Below, in pieces: positions 11,448 to 22,819 of a stretch of DNA of 42,413 nucleotides. Where the stretch lies: assembly GCA_002269645.1 (NCBI GenBank), contig NIVC01003553.1:1-42413 (forward strand), read 5' to 3'. Numbering within the stretch: position 1 is the stretch's first letter; each line of letters opens with the position of its first letter. A program made the position numbers and the translations under genes. Under the pieces are notes generated by a model, which worked only from the letters and a program-made list of their open reading frames with translations, had not been told where the DNA came from and searched no databases. The stretch is from Macrostomum lignano (taxonomy: Eukaryota).

Positions 11448-12599
11448 ATGAGCAGTCGGAAGTCGCAGTTGCGGCCCATTGAGGAGCCTGAAGTGGAGAT
11501 TGTATTTGACGACTTCGCCTACCCTGGCTTTGGCGCCGGCGGCGGCGGCGGCGGCGGGGGCCCCGGCTGCAACGACGAAGAGTTCAACAGGCTGCTGGAC
11601 AACTTGAAGCACCGGTTCGCCCCCAGGGCCGGAGCTGCCACCTACCTGTCTTTGTCCGGCGGGCCGCAGGTCCGCACCGGCCGCGGCTCTCGCATGCTGG
11701 TCAAGGAGGAGCCGCTCGATGTTGCGACACCCACCGCGGTGTCGGCGGCTGCGAGCTCTGGCGGTGGCCGACGTATTGTCGGGGCGAACTCGGCGGCTGC
11801 TGCTGCTGCGGCGGCGGCGGCTGCGGCCGAAGCGGCGGAGGCGGCGGCTGCGGTTGACTCGGTGGACGACGCCGCCGTGGACTCGCTGTTCACCCTGGCC
11901 GGCCAGGAGGTTGTGGTCACCTCGGCCGCCACAGACGACGAACTCGACGAGCTGGAAGAGATCGTTGCCGACGAGGACGACGACGGCGCCGGCAGCGGAG
12001 CGGCTCTGATGCGCGCCGGCCGCGGCAGCAACGCGCCAACGCTGAACTCGACCATCTCCCGGCTGGCCAACTACCTGTCCGACAAGCACGGCCAGGACTT
12101 CGGCCCCGTCAGCGCTGCCATACAGAAGACCGCCGCCGCTGCCGCTGCCGCCTCTACCAGTCGGCCTTCGCAGCAGCAGCAGCAGCAGCAGACGGTCATG
12201 GCTGCGTCAGCGTCCCCAGCTGCTTCAACCCTGCTGATGAGCCGCCAGCAGCAGCAACAGCAGCAGCAGTTCCAGCAGCAGCAACGCCAGCTGCTTCAGC
12301 AGCACCAGCAGCACCAGCACCAGCGAGCATCGGTGGCCGTGGTTCGCGCTCGAATGCTCAGCATGGACCGGGAGAAGCGCTTCTCCTGCTACGTCTGCCA
12401 GCGCCGGTTCCACCTGTTTGCCCACCTGCGCAATCACCTGGAGACGCACACGGGAGAAAAGCCGTACGTGTGCAAGCAGTGCGGCAAAAGCTTCGCCACG
12501 CCGACCAGCTTGAAGCGCCACCTGCCGGTGCACCACTCGGACAAGAAGCACCAGTGCGCAGTGTGCGCCAAGACCTACGCCAACCAGGGCTATCTGAAG
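11448..12599 (+). CDS. C2H2 zinc-finger transcription factor, exon 1 of 2 (join 11448-12599,14055-14387; 494 aa; six fingers)
   Basis: Low-complexity Gly/Ala/Gln N-terminus, two full C-x2-C-x12-H-x3-H fingers with a TGEKP linker, and the first half of finger 3. Donor AAG|GTGCGT at 12599/12600, phase 0. Confidence 0.92.
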
Positions 12600-12713
12600 G
12601 TGCGTGTCGAGCTCAATTACACGCTAATGACATGCATTGTGAAGGGGTTATCAACTTGGGCACCTGAGTGGACTGCTGAAGTAAAGATCCCGTCTACTCC
12701 CATCTAATTAACT

Positions 12714-13932
12714 CCCCCTAGATTCGCCCTCCCCTAGATTCGCCCTCCCTAGATTCGCCCTCCCCTAGAATCGCCCTCCCCTAGATTCACCCTCCCCTAG
12801 ATTCGCCCTCCCCTAGATTCGCCCTCCCCTAGATTCGCTCTCTCCTAGAGTCGCCCTCCCCTAGATTCGCCCTCCCCTAGATTCGCCCTCCCCTAGATTC
12901 GCCCTCCCCTAGATTCGCTCTCTCCTAGATTCGCCCTCCCTAGATTCGCCCTTCCTAGATTCGCCCTCCCCTAGATTCGCCCTCCCTAGATTCGCCCTTC
13001 CCTAGATTCGCCCTCCCTAGAGTCGCCCTCCCCTAAAGTTGCCCTCCCCTAGATTCGCCCTCCCTAGATTCGCCCTCCCTAGAGTCGCCCTCCCCTAAAG
13101 TTGCCCTCCCCTAGATTCGCCCTCCCTAGAATCACCCTCTCCTAGATTCGCCCTCCCTAGAATCACCCTCTCCTAGATTCGCCCTCCCTAGATTCGCCCT
13201 CCCTAGATTCGCCCTCCCTAAAGTTGCCCTCCCCTAGATTCGCCCTCCCTAGATTCGCCCTCCCTAGAGTCGCCCTCCCCTAAAGTTGCCCTCCCCTAGA
13301 TTCGCCCTCCCTAGAATCACCCTCTCCTAGATTCGCCCTCCCTAGAATCACCCTCTCCTAGATTCGCCCTCCCTAGATTCGCCCTCCCTAGAGTCGCCCT
13401 CCCCTAAAGTTGCCCTCCCCTAGATTCGCCCTCCCTAGATTCGCCCTCCCTAGAGTCGCCCTCCCCTAAAGTTGCCCTCCCCTAGATTCGCCCTCCCTAG
13501 ATTCACCCTCTCCTAGATTCGCCCTCCCTAGATTCGCCATCCATAGAGTCGCCCTCCCTAGAGTTACTCTCCCCTAGATTCGCCCTCCCCTAGAGTCGCC
13601 CTCCCTAGATTCGCTCTCTCCTAGATTCGCCCTCCCTAGATTCGCCCTCCCTAGATTTGCCCTCCCTAGAGTCGCCCTCCCTAGAGTTACTCTCCCCTAG
13701 ATTCGCCCTCCCCTAGAGTCGCCCTCCCTAGATTCGCTCTCTCCTAGATTCGCCCTCCCTAGATTCGCCCTCCCTAGATTTGCCCTCCCTAGAGTCGCCC
13801 TCTCTAGAGTTACTCTCCCCTAGATTCGCCCTCCCCTAGAGTCGCCCTCCCTAGATTCGCTCTCTCCTAGAGTTGCCCTTCCTAGAATCACAATCCCCTA
13901 GATTCGCCCTCCCTAGAGTCGCCCTCTCCTGT
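12714..13932. repeat. Intronic 18/19-bp C-rich minisatellite CCTAGATTCGCCCTCC(C)
   Basis: About 65 copies filling most of the zinc-finger intron 12600-14054. Confidence 0.97.
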
Positions 13933-14054
13933 ATTGAGAATACTACGGTAGTCATGATTTAAGGCTGTTTTTATTTTTATATTCGTTCATATCCGTTTCG
14001 AGTCCTGCGACTAACCAACAAGTAGGCTGATTTGGGTCCACCGCGTGCCCGCAG

Positions 14055-14387
14055 GTGCACATGCGAATACACCGTGACGAGAAGCCGTTCGACTGCGAGC
14101 TCTGCGGCCGGGCCTTCCGCCAGCTCGCCCACCTCAACCATCACCTGCTGACCCACACGGGCGACAAGCCACACAAGTGCGACCTGTGCGGCCAGCGCTT
14201 CCGCCAGGCTAACACCCTGGAGGACCACATGCGACTGCACACTGGCGAGCGGCCGCACGTGTGCCAGATCTGCGGCAAGAGTTTCACGCACCGGCTGAGC
14301 CTCAAGCTGCACATGAAATACCACGTGGTTGACGTTGAGCGAAAACCGGAGATTACCGCCGACGAAATCGAAATTATCACCGTTTGA
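14055..14387 (+). CDS. C2H2 zinc-finger transcription factor, exon 2 of 2
   Basis: Acceptor CCCGCAG|GTGCAC. Splicing completes finger 3 (CAVCAKTYANQGYLK|VHMRIH), followed by three more fingers with RDEKP/TGDKP/TGERP linkers. Stop TGA ends at 14387. Candidate AATAAA at 15020-15025. Confidence 0.93.
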   Translation: MHMRIHRDEKPFDCELCGRAFRQLAHLNHHLLTHTGDKPHKCDLCGQRFRQANTLEDHMRLHTGERPHVCQICGKSFTHRLSLKLHMKYHVVDVERKPEITADEIEIITV

Positions 14388-14454
14388 TTCTAGTTCGTAG
14401 CTGGCAAAGCAACCGCTTGACAACCTTCTCTAGACTATTGCAGCTGGATAGCAA

Positions 14455-14650
14455 CCGCATAGCAACCACTTATAGCTGCGTAAACCTGCGTTGAAACCAT
14501 ACAGAAACAGGTAAGGAACCACGTAGAAACAGCATAGCAACCACATAGAAACAGCATAGCAACCACATAGAAACAGCATAGCAACCACGTAGAAACAGCA
14601 TAGCAACCACACAGAAACAGCATAGCAACCACACAGAGACACACACAACC
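14455..14650. repeat. 22-bp repeat ACCACATAGAAACAGCATAGCA in the probable 3' UTR
   Basis: About 6 clear copies plus degenerate flanks. Confidence 0.85.
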
Positions 14651-15403
14651 AACCACAAGAAACCCTGAGCCATATTTTGCAGACATTTTCGCCCTTATCA
14701 ATAGCCACTACTCTACTCTGTAAAGACAGTCGAACTTTTGTGTGCGTTTTTCTGTTTGTCCTAATTGGAACTGTTTGGTTCTGTTAGTTCTATACTGGTA
14801 CAGTGAGTGGTACAGCAGCTCCGCTGTACTCTCGGTGTACATGTTTCTCTTGTTTTTCTTGTATAATTATTTTTGCACCGCAATGCGTCCGCTTGATCTG
14901 ACAATGCTCTCTGCTAGCCTGGCTCAGTGCTTGTGTTATCGTTTTATTATTACTAGTAGTAGTATGTACCGCCTAACTCAATTTAAACTTGCTCTGGCTT
15001 AGAAAGATCTCTATAATACAATAAATGAAGAAGCGTATTTAATACCTGTATATATATTACTAACGAGTAGTAGGCAGTGCTTTTATTTGTCTGCACATAA
15101 ATCCAGTGTTAGCGCTACGTACCCCATTCTGCAGCTTATATATATAAACCTTGTTTTTTTGCTATTTTTCTGCCCTGACAAATGTCACTTTGTACGCGTT
15201 TACTCGGTCCTCAATTTAAAAGTTCCTTTCAATTCTTCTCCCCCGCGTTGTCACCTCCCCGCCCGGCCGGTCTGTTTCTGATCTTTCACGAGGGGGGGTT
15301 GCTTGTTTGTAAAAAACTGTCAATAAAAACCAAAATGCCCTTCGGGGGCAGAGACGGCCGGTATTTATTTGACTGTGCAACAAAAATTAAAGCTAAATGC
15401 GCT

Positions 15404-15577
15404 TCAATCTTGGCTTGCACTACTTATCAGTAGAGTAGCGCCAGTATGAATGGCGGAGAAAATTGTGGCGAGGGCGTGGCCGCCTCTGGCACTGCGGAGA
15501 GGGCGCGGGGTGCCGAGTTTCGAAGCGACAATCGTCAGTGGTTCAACTGCTGATACGCGGGGGACTCGGAGCTCGAA
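15404..15577 (-). CDS. Probable terminal coding exon of an unidentified minus-strand gene (FELRVPRVSAVEPLTIVASKLG...LLISSASQD*)
   Basis: Acceptor GCTAATACCGTCGCCAG| and a 57-codon open frame ending in TGA, with minus-strand AATAAA 35 nt later (15364-15369). Upstream GTGAGT donor at 15676. No family recognised; an alternative acceptor at 15618 gives a different frame. Confidence 0.45.
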   Translation of the reverse strand, partial: FELRVPRVSAVEPLTIVASKLGTPRPLRSARGGHALATIFSAIHTGATLLISSASQD

Positions 15578-16264
15578 CTGGCGACGGTATTAGCAGCGGA
15601 ATCACCGGCGATAATCACTGCTAATCACTTCGAGTATTCAGGGGGGAGAGGGGATTAAAGAGGCCAAGCAACTCACCGAGTGGACGGCAGCAGGCAAAGG
15701 CTACTGAATCATATATAACTGTATTTCTTTGTCTGTTTGCAACACACCTGGGACACCCGGGCGCCCTGCTCCCGTCCCGGTTGTCAACAAGCAGGAAGAA
15801 GCGAACAGGCAGGCCCGAGCGTCACTCCGCCCGCTCTGCCTCTTATTTAGGAGGGCACAAAAGGCAGACGGAGGGGGGGTGCAGGGTGGGGAGGCTGGAG
15901 AGCAGCTTGTTAAAGGAAGGAAGGCTTTGCAGCAACTGACTGAGGCTTCACGCATCGAACTGAATGAGCACATAATAATCACGGGGGCGATTGGCTGCTG
16001 GGCTCGGGGAAGCTTCATCACTGATCCTCAGTATTTCCTTCTCCCACCTTTCTTTCTCTCTCCCCCCCCCCTGACTGAGCGGGGGCTGCAGGTGCTACAG
16101 GTGAGCATCGGTGCTGCTAGGGGAGCTTCACGATACCGCGAAGGGGAATTAAAGCAGAGCTGCGCAGCTTTGTCACCCGCGTGCATGCAGGCTGCCGACA
16201 CAGCTCGAAATTGACATCCTGCGATTTCTAGGGCAAGCAGCGGGGCCTCTCCTTGCTGTTTTAT

Positions 16265-16940
16265 CTCCTCATCTCTCAAATGCCTCCCTTTGCCAACTCT
16301 CAGATCTCCTCTCCCCATCTCTCAGATCCCCTCTCCTCATCTCTCAAATCCTTTCTCACCATCTCTCAGATCCCCCCTCTCACAATCTCTCAGAGCCCCT
16401 CTCAAAATCTCTCAGATCCCCTCTCACCATCTCTCAGATCCCCTATCACCATTTCTCAGATCCCCTCTCCTCATCTCTCAAATTCCTTCTCACCATCTCT
16501 CGGATCCCCTCTCTCACAATCTCTCAGAGCCCCTCTCCCATCTCCCAGATCCCTCTCCCATCTCTTCGATCCCCTCTCAAAATCTCTTAAATCCCCTCTC
16601 CCATCTCTCAGATCCCTCTCCCATCTCTCAGAGCCCTCTCCCATCTCTCAGATCCCTCTCCCATCTCTCAGAGCCCTCTCCCATCTCTCAGATCCCCTCT
16701 CCCATCTCTCAGAGCCCTCTCCCATCTCTCAGATCCCTCTCCCATCTCTCAGAGCCCTCTCCCATCTCTCAGATCCCCTCTCCCATCTCTCAGAGCCCTC
16801 TCCCATCTCTCAGATCCCTCTCCCATCTCTCAGAGCCCTCTCCCATCTCTCAGATCCCTCTCACCATCTCTCAGATCCCCTCTCCCCATCTCTCAGATCC
16901 CCTCTCACCATCTCTCAGATCCCCTATCACCATTTCTCGA
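16265..16940. repeat. CT-rich 20-21-bp minisatellite CCATCTCTCAGATCCC(C)TCTC / CCATCTCTCAGAGCCCTCTC
   Basis: About 30 copies, degenerate at both ends. Confidence 0.93.
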
Positions 16941-17264
16941 TTATCAAATCCTGTCCTCTAACCATCTCTTACATTCCCATTCCCAGTCAGCCTTCAGCCT
17001 CCTAATTCTCCTTTCTTCCCCTCAATCCAACAGCTTGCAGATCCCAATCCCAGTTGTGTTAATTTCAATTCACAGAATCCACCCTCAGTAGGATCTCTCC
17101 TGATTGTACCAATCTAATTTTCCATTCAAAAATATAAAAAACCGCCTCAGTGTCTGCGTTAGAAGAATTAAATTTTTATTAGAGTCTGTTTTTTGAAGCA
17201 TTTATTAATTGAATGCACATCGATCTGATGCGCGAAGGGCGCCTCTGCTGGGTTCTGATAGACG

Positions 17265-18055
17265 CTGGGATCAGGGACAATATGAGACACTGGGATCAGG
17301 GACAATATGAGACACTGAATAGAGATACTGGGATCAGGGACAATATAAGATACTTGGATCAGGGACAATATAAGATACTTGGATCAGGGACAATATAAGA
17401 TACTTGGATCAGGGACAATATAAGATACTTGGATCAGGGACAATATAAGATCTGGGATCAGGGACAATAGACACTGGATAGAGACACTGGGATCAAGGGA
17501 CAATATAAGATACTGGGATCAGGGGCAATATGAGACACTGGGATCAGGGACAATATGAGACACTGGGATCAGGGGCAATATGAGACACTGGGATCAGGGA
17601 CAATATAAGATACTGGGATCAGGGGCAATATGAGACACTGGGATCAGGGACAATATGAGATACTGGGATCAGGGACAATATGAGATCCTGGGATCAGGGA
17701 CAATATGAGACGCTGGGATCAGGGACAATATGAGATACTGGGATCAGGGACAATATAAGATTTGGGATTAGGGACAATATAAGATACTGGGATCAGGGAC
17801 AATATAATATTTGGGATCAGGGACAATATGAGATACTGGGATCAGGGACAATATGAGACACTGGGATCAGGGACAATATGAGACACTGGGATCAGGGACA
17901 ATATGAGACACTGGGATCAGGGACAATATGAGACACTGGGATCAGGGACAATATGAGACACTGGGATCAGGGACAATATGAGATACTGGGATCAGGGACA
18001 ATATAAGATACTGGGATCAGGGACAATATGAGACACTGGATAGAGACACTGGGAT
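17265..18055. repeat. 25-bp minisatellite CTGGGATCAGGGACAATATGAGACA
   Basis: About 31 copies. Confidence 0.96.
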
Positions 18056-18069
18056 ACCGGAGAGACAGG

Positions 18070-18235
18070 GAGGGACAGGCAAGGCAGACACTCAGCAGGG
18101 CCGGTAGCCGCAATATTAGCAAGTCAGTCGCGAAGCCTTCGGCGCACCCGTTCTGCTCGACAAAGCGAAAGAGGCAGAGGCGGAGCCTGCGCGACAATCT
18201 GCAAAATCTGTTTGTTGCCGCAATGGCAAGCAGCT
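18070..18235 (-). other. Possible internal exon of the unidentified minus-strand gene (…LSRRLRLCLFRFVEQNGCAEGFATDLLILRLPALL…)
   Basis: GC-rich island between two arrays. The minus frame is open while the in-register plus frame has stops. Acceptor-like TTTTGCAG is present but no convincing donor. Confidence 0.3.
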
Positions 18236-18644
18236 GCATATTGTGGTTGCAAAATAAGCCATACATACACCTTTGTGCTTCCCTCCGTCCACAATCTTCC
18301 TCTCCTCTGTCTCGCGTTTCAATTTTCTTTATGACTACGGCTAATGCACTGGCTTTGTGTAATCCCTGTATAGGATGCTAAGCAAAAAAGTCAGACACGA
18401 ATGCAGGTGGCGAGTCCGTCTCCCTCCCTCTCCTCTCTCTCGTTTCCCGTTTTTCTCCTTCCCCATTCCGATGCCCCGGACTGCAACATATTGATCTGGC
18501 CGATTCTCTTAGTCCGTCATTCTTTATTTCCTTTATTTTGCCTTGCGCTGGGATCTCAAAACACTGCTGGGATCTCTCTCGCGCAAGCTGATTTGTATGC
18601 GGAAATTCTTCCAGTGTGTGAGCTCCTTGCTCCCTGTTTGTCAA

Positions 18645-18935
18645 GGGCCTTCTTTTCCTTTCTGTCAGGTACCTTCTTTTCCTTTCTGTCAGGTCACTTC
18701 TTTTCCTTTCTGTCAGGTCCCTTCTTGCCCTTCTGTCAGGTACCTTCTTTTCCTTTCTGTCAGGTACCTTCTTTTCCTTTGTCAGGTACCTTCTTTTCCT
18801 TTCCGTCAGGTCCCTTCTTGCCCTTCTGTCAGGTACCTTCTTTTCCTTTCTGTCAGGTCACTTCTTTTCCTTTCTGTCAGGTCCCTTCTTGCCCTTCTGT
18901 CAGGTATCTTCTTGTCTTTCTGTCAGGTACCTTCT
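18645..18935 (+). repeat. About 24-bp pyrimidine-rich array TTCTTTTCCTTTCTGTCAGGTACC
   Basis: About 12 copies, each a polypyrimidine tract followed by CAG|GT. Confidence 0.92.
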
Positions 18936-20347
18936 TGTCTATCTCTCAACTCCCCTTTTACCGGTCTGTGAGCTCACACCTTCACTGTCACTTTCCTACT
19001 TGCCCTGTTTTTTGAGAGCTTTCCCATCTCTATAAAATGTCCCTAAACTCCTCAGCTCAATCTTTCTAGCCCAATGCCCTTGCCCCGGACTTTCACCTCC
19101 TTTCCAGTCTGCCGGCATTTCTTTATTCTCCGTCTCCCTCACGCATTCAATGCATGCCAGGGCAAACTGCCTAACCCTAATCTCCCATTAAGAATAAGAA
19201 CATTTGTCCAGCCACATTGCACAATGTGTCAGGGGGACTGTACTCATGCAATCCCTACGGCATGCCGGGAGAAGAGCCAGAATACTTCAATCCTTTAGCC
19301 AAACTTGAAGGATTTTTTTAGCTCGATCTCCCGATATTGCTGGACAAAGACTTGCCACAAGACAGTTCAAAACAAAGGAAGGCTGAAAGCTACAGGAAGC
19401 TCGGGAAGCCGCAGGACTGAGCTCCCGGCCTGCAGCTAAAGAGAAGGCGGAGCTCGAGAGAGAGACGGAGCACGTGAGAAGCAAAAAAATACTTTAAGAG
19501 AGGGGGAGGTCTGAAATCGATGGGAATTCAGGGGGGAGGCGGCTTCCCAATCCCAGTCAGGGGACTCGCAGGAGCACAGCAGGTGGCAGGCAGGAAATGG
19601 CTAAAAGATTATCCCAAACAGTCAATCCTGATGGTTCAAGTCCCCTGCTGCCCTGCTCAGACGGCAGCAAAATTTGAGTCTAATTGGCCTGCTGCCTCCC
19701 CCATCCGGAGAGTCGCGTGATTCGAGCAGCTGGTGACCCCGCGTGACCTCCTGGGCCGGCCATCCGAATGCCGGAAACTATTTTGCGTCAAAACAAAAAA
19801 ATACAGACATTTTTCCTTGGAATAATTCTTACTTTTGACAGACACTGCATTGGCAGTTTGTGTTTCAGATTTATTATACTGAGTATATGTGCAGTTCTGC
19901 CTCAAGCACAATATGATGCGCACAGGTTATGAGCTCATGGATGGCAGAATACGCAATGCTATGACACAGCAGCAAATTTGAATGATTGCACATTGCACAT
20001 TCATGCTACTAATGGCTGTTAAATATTCGAGTAGTATATATATTTACAAACCGCAAGCAGAATAAACTAATTAGTATTCATTAATTTAAGAACTAAGAGA
20101 CGCTGGAGTCAGCGCAGAAACTATTTATGATAAACAGATGCCTGCAATATTCATTTAATAATTACCAGTTCCATTGTACAACTGATAAAACTGGAAGCTT
20201 TATGATTAGAAATTGAGAGGCTGGGCACAAGAATTCAAGGGGAGCTTTGATGCTTTAAACAATCAGCTAAAGTGCATTTATACTGGCCGCTGCGGGGCGG
20301 GCTGTACTGAAAGAGACAGAGCGGGCAGAGAGAGCAGGCTGATTGGG

Positions 20348-20369
20348 GACAGACTGACAGACAGACAGA

Positions 20370-20421
<52 letters not shown>

Positions 20422-20480
20422 CTAAGACAGACACTAAGATAGACAGACAGACAGACAGGCAGGCAGACAGACAGACACTA

Positions 20481-20513
<33 letters not shown>

Positions 20514-20559
20514 GGCAGGCAGACAGACAGACAGAAGACACTAAGACAGACAGACACTA

Positions 20560-20612
<53 letters not shown>

Positions 20613-20690
20613 GGCAGGCAGGCAGACAGACAGACAGACAGAAGACACTAAGACAGACAGACACTAAGACAGACAGACAGACAGACAGGC
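20348..20690. repeat. (AGAC)n microsatellite with AGACACTA and AGGC interruptions
   Basis: Read directly from the sequence. Confidence 0.96.
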
Positions 20691-20739
20691 ACAGACCGCA
20701 CTGGGAGTCTCAGAGCTCAGCTGAGTCAGTCAGTAATAA

Positions 20740-21602
20740 TCAGAGGTCCATCATGTCCGCATCGGTGTCGAAGCCGCTATTTGCATCGGCATCCAGCAGG
20801 TCAATGTCGGAGGTGACGGCCGCGGCATCAGCGGCGCGGGCTTCCTCAGCCTCCATGGTTTGCAGCTGAAGCTCGGGCTGCAGGGCAAAGCCGGCTTGCT
20901 GCTCCTGCTTGCCTCGCTGCTGCTGCCGTTTGTCCCGCCGGACAGCTTAAAGGATGTCGCGCGCGTCCTCGCCAGCTGGCGGCAGCGTCGACAGCTGCGG
21001 CGGCGGCTGCCACAGCACCAGCTGGCGACAGTCGTTGCCGCCAGGCGGAGCGGGCGGGGGCGGCGGCTGCTCGCACAGCAGGCGGCTGGCAGCTGCCACC
21101 CGCTCAGCGATGGCCGGTGGCAGAGCAGCCGCTGACGAAGTCGGCAGCAGAGAAGCAGCAGCGGTGGTGGGCGCGGCCGAGGCAGTAGCAGCCGACGACG
21201 CCTGCAGATCGATGAGGCGGGCAACCTCCGGGCTGGAGACAGTCAGCCGAAGCTGCTGCTGCTGCTGCTCGTCAGTCGCCAGCTGCTCGGCAGGAGCAGC
21301 GGCCGCGGACTCGTCCGTCAGCCTGGCCGCGGCCTCCAAGGACAGCTGGCCGAGATTGGCGGCCACGGCCTCCTCGGTGAGGAAGAGCTTCGTGGCCGGG
21401 GCGGCCGACTCGCCGTCCAGGCTGCCGTGGCGCTTCCGGCAGCAGCCGTAGATGGTGGCGGCCTGGCCGGGCGGCTCCATGGCCGACGAGGCGGCTGGGT
21501 GGGTGAAGCCGGAGCTGATCTGGAACTGCGGCGGTGCAGACAGTAAGCTACTGAAATTCCTTTTCCCAGTGATGTGCTGGCTGTCCAAGTCGGGGTCTCT
21601 GG
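20740..21602 (-). CDS. HCFC1R1/CCDC117-family protein, interrupted by an in-frame TAA at 20947-20949
   Basis: RKR…KLFLTEEAVAANLGQLSL resembles HCFC1R1 KQFLSEENMATHFSQLSL. CRQLVLWQPP resembles the ELLLW/ELVLWKP motif. The frame resumes after TAA and ends DMMDL* (cf. DIMEL*/EEMEL*). Similarities are from memory. Acceptor CTCACAG| at 21603; first ATG in the exon at 21480. Confidence 0.72.
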
Positions 21603-21627
21603 CTGTGAGTGCGAATAGTGCTTTGTG

Positions 21628-22200
21628 GATTGGGATTACGGACACTGAATTGGGATTAGAGATAATGAATTGGGATTAGGGATAATTAATTGGGGTTGGG
21701 GATAATGAATTGGGATTAGGGATAATGAATTGGGATTAGGGACACTGAATTGGGATTAGGGATAATGAATTGGGATTAGGGATAATGAATTGGGATTAGG
21801 GACACTGAATTGGGATTAGGGATAATGAATTGGGATTGGGATAAAGGACACTGAATTGGGATTAGGGATAATGAATTGGGATTGGGATAAAGGACACTGA
21901 ATTGGGATTAGGGATAATGAATTGGGATTAGGGATAATGAATTGACATTAGGGATAATGAATTGGGATTAGGGACACTGAATTGGGATTAGGGACACTGA
22001 ATAGGGATTAGGGATAATGAATTGGGATTAGGGATAATGAATTAGGATTAGGGATTATGAATTGGGATTAGGGACACTGAATTGGGATTAGGGATAATGA
22101 ATTGGGATTAGGGACACTGAATTGGGATTAAGGACATTGAATTGGGATTAGGGATAATGAATTGGGATTAGGGAAATTTAATTGGGATTAGAGACACTGA
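21628..22200. repeat. 20-bp telomere-like minisatellite GAATTGGGATTAGGGATAAT
   Basis: About 28 copies, most containing TTAGGG. Variant unit GAATTGGGATTAGGGACACT. Confidence 0.96.
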
Positions 22201-22819
22201 GCTTAGCTCAGAACTCTCCTGTCTATAGCCTAGCCCATGTAATTTTTCATAAAAATAATAAAATAGAAATTACTGAAGCAAACAAACAAAGTTTACAAAC
22301 AAAGAAAAAAAACTTTGCCAGACGGAACTCGGTTTTAATAATTGAATTAAGTGGGAAACAATGGACGCAGTACGCTGATCTGTTACAATGCTTAGCACGA
22401 TAATAATTCACACAGAAGAAAACAGTGCGAATGACGGAAACAATCGAGAACGCATCTCAAAAACCCAAAGCTGGGGGTTGGTCAGACCTGGGGCACGGAT
22501 TAGGCTTAAGCATAAAGAATATAAGCAGATGCTTTGGCCGCATTATGCAAAAAATTACAAAAATATTAACTATGAAAAGTATACTTTATAAAAGTTTTGC
22601 TAATTAATTAAAAAATAAGCTGCTGAACGTGAAAACTACTTACTAGCCAGTAGTAGTAGTATAATTCGAGCATTATTTTCGTGGAAATTAGAGAGGAGAA
22701 ATGTTTAAGGCAGCTGCTAATGAGCTGGAAGTGTCAGGAGAAACAGCGATTAGCAAATTAAGCCAATTATCCTACGAATAATTCGATGAATAAATCAAGG
22801 TCGACGGGGTCATCTGGGG

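Noticed and set aside
11642-12667. Antisense and alternative-frame ORFs over GC-rich exons (also 20751-21451, 26829-27420, 31108-31510)
   Set aside because: Expected shadows of GC3-rich coding sequence.
12600-12707. C-terminal part of the 419-aa ORF (VRVELNYTLM…)
   Set aside because: Read-through into the intron; splicing at 12599 restores a canonical third zinc finger.
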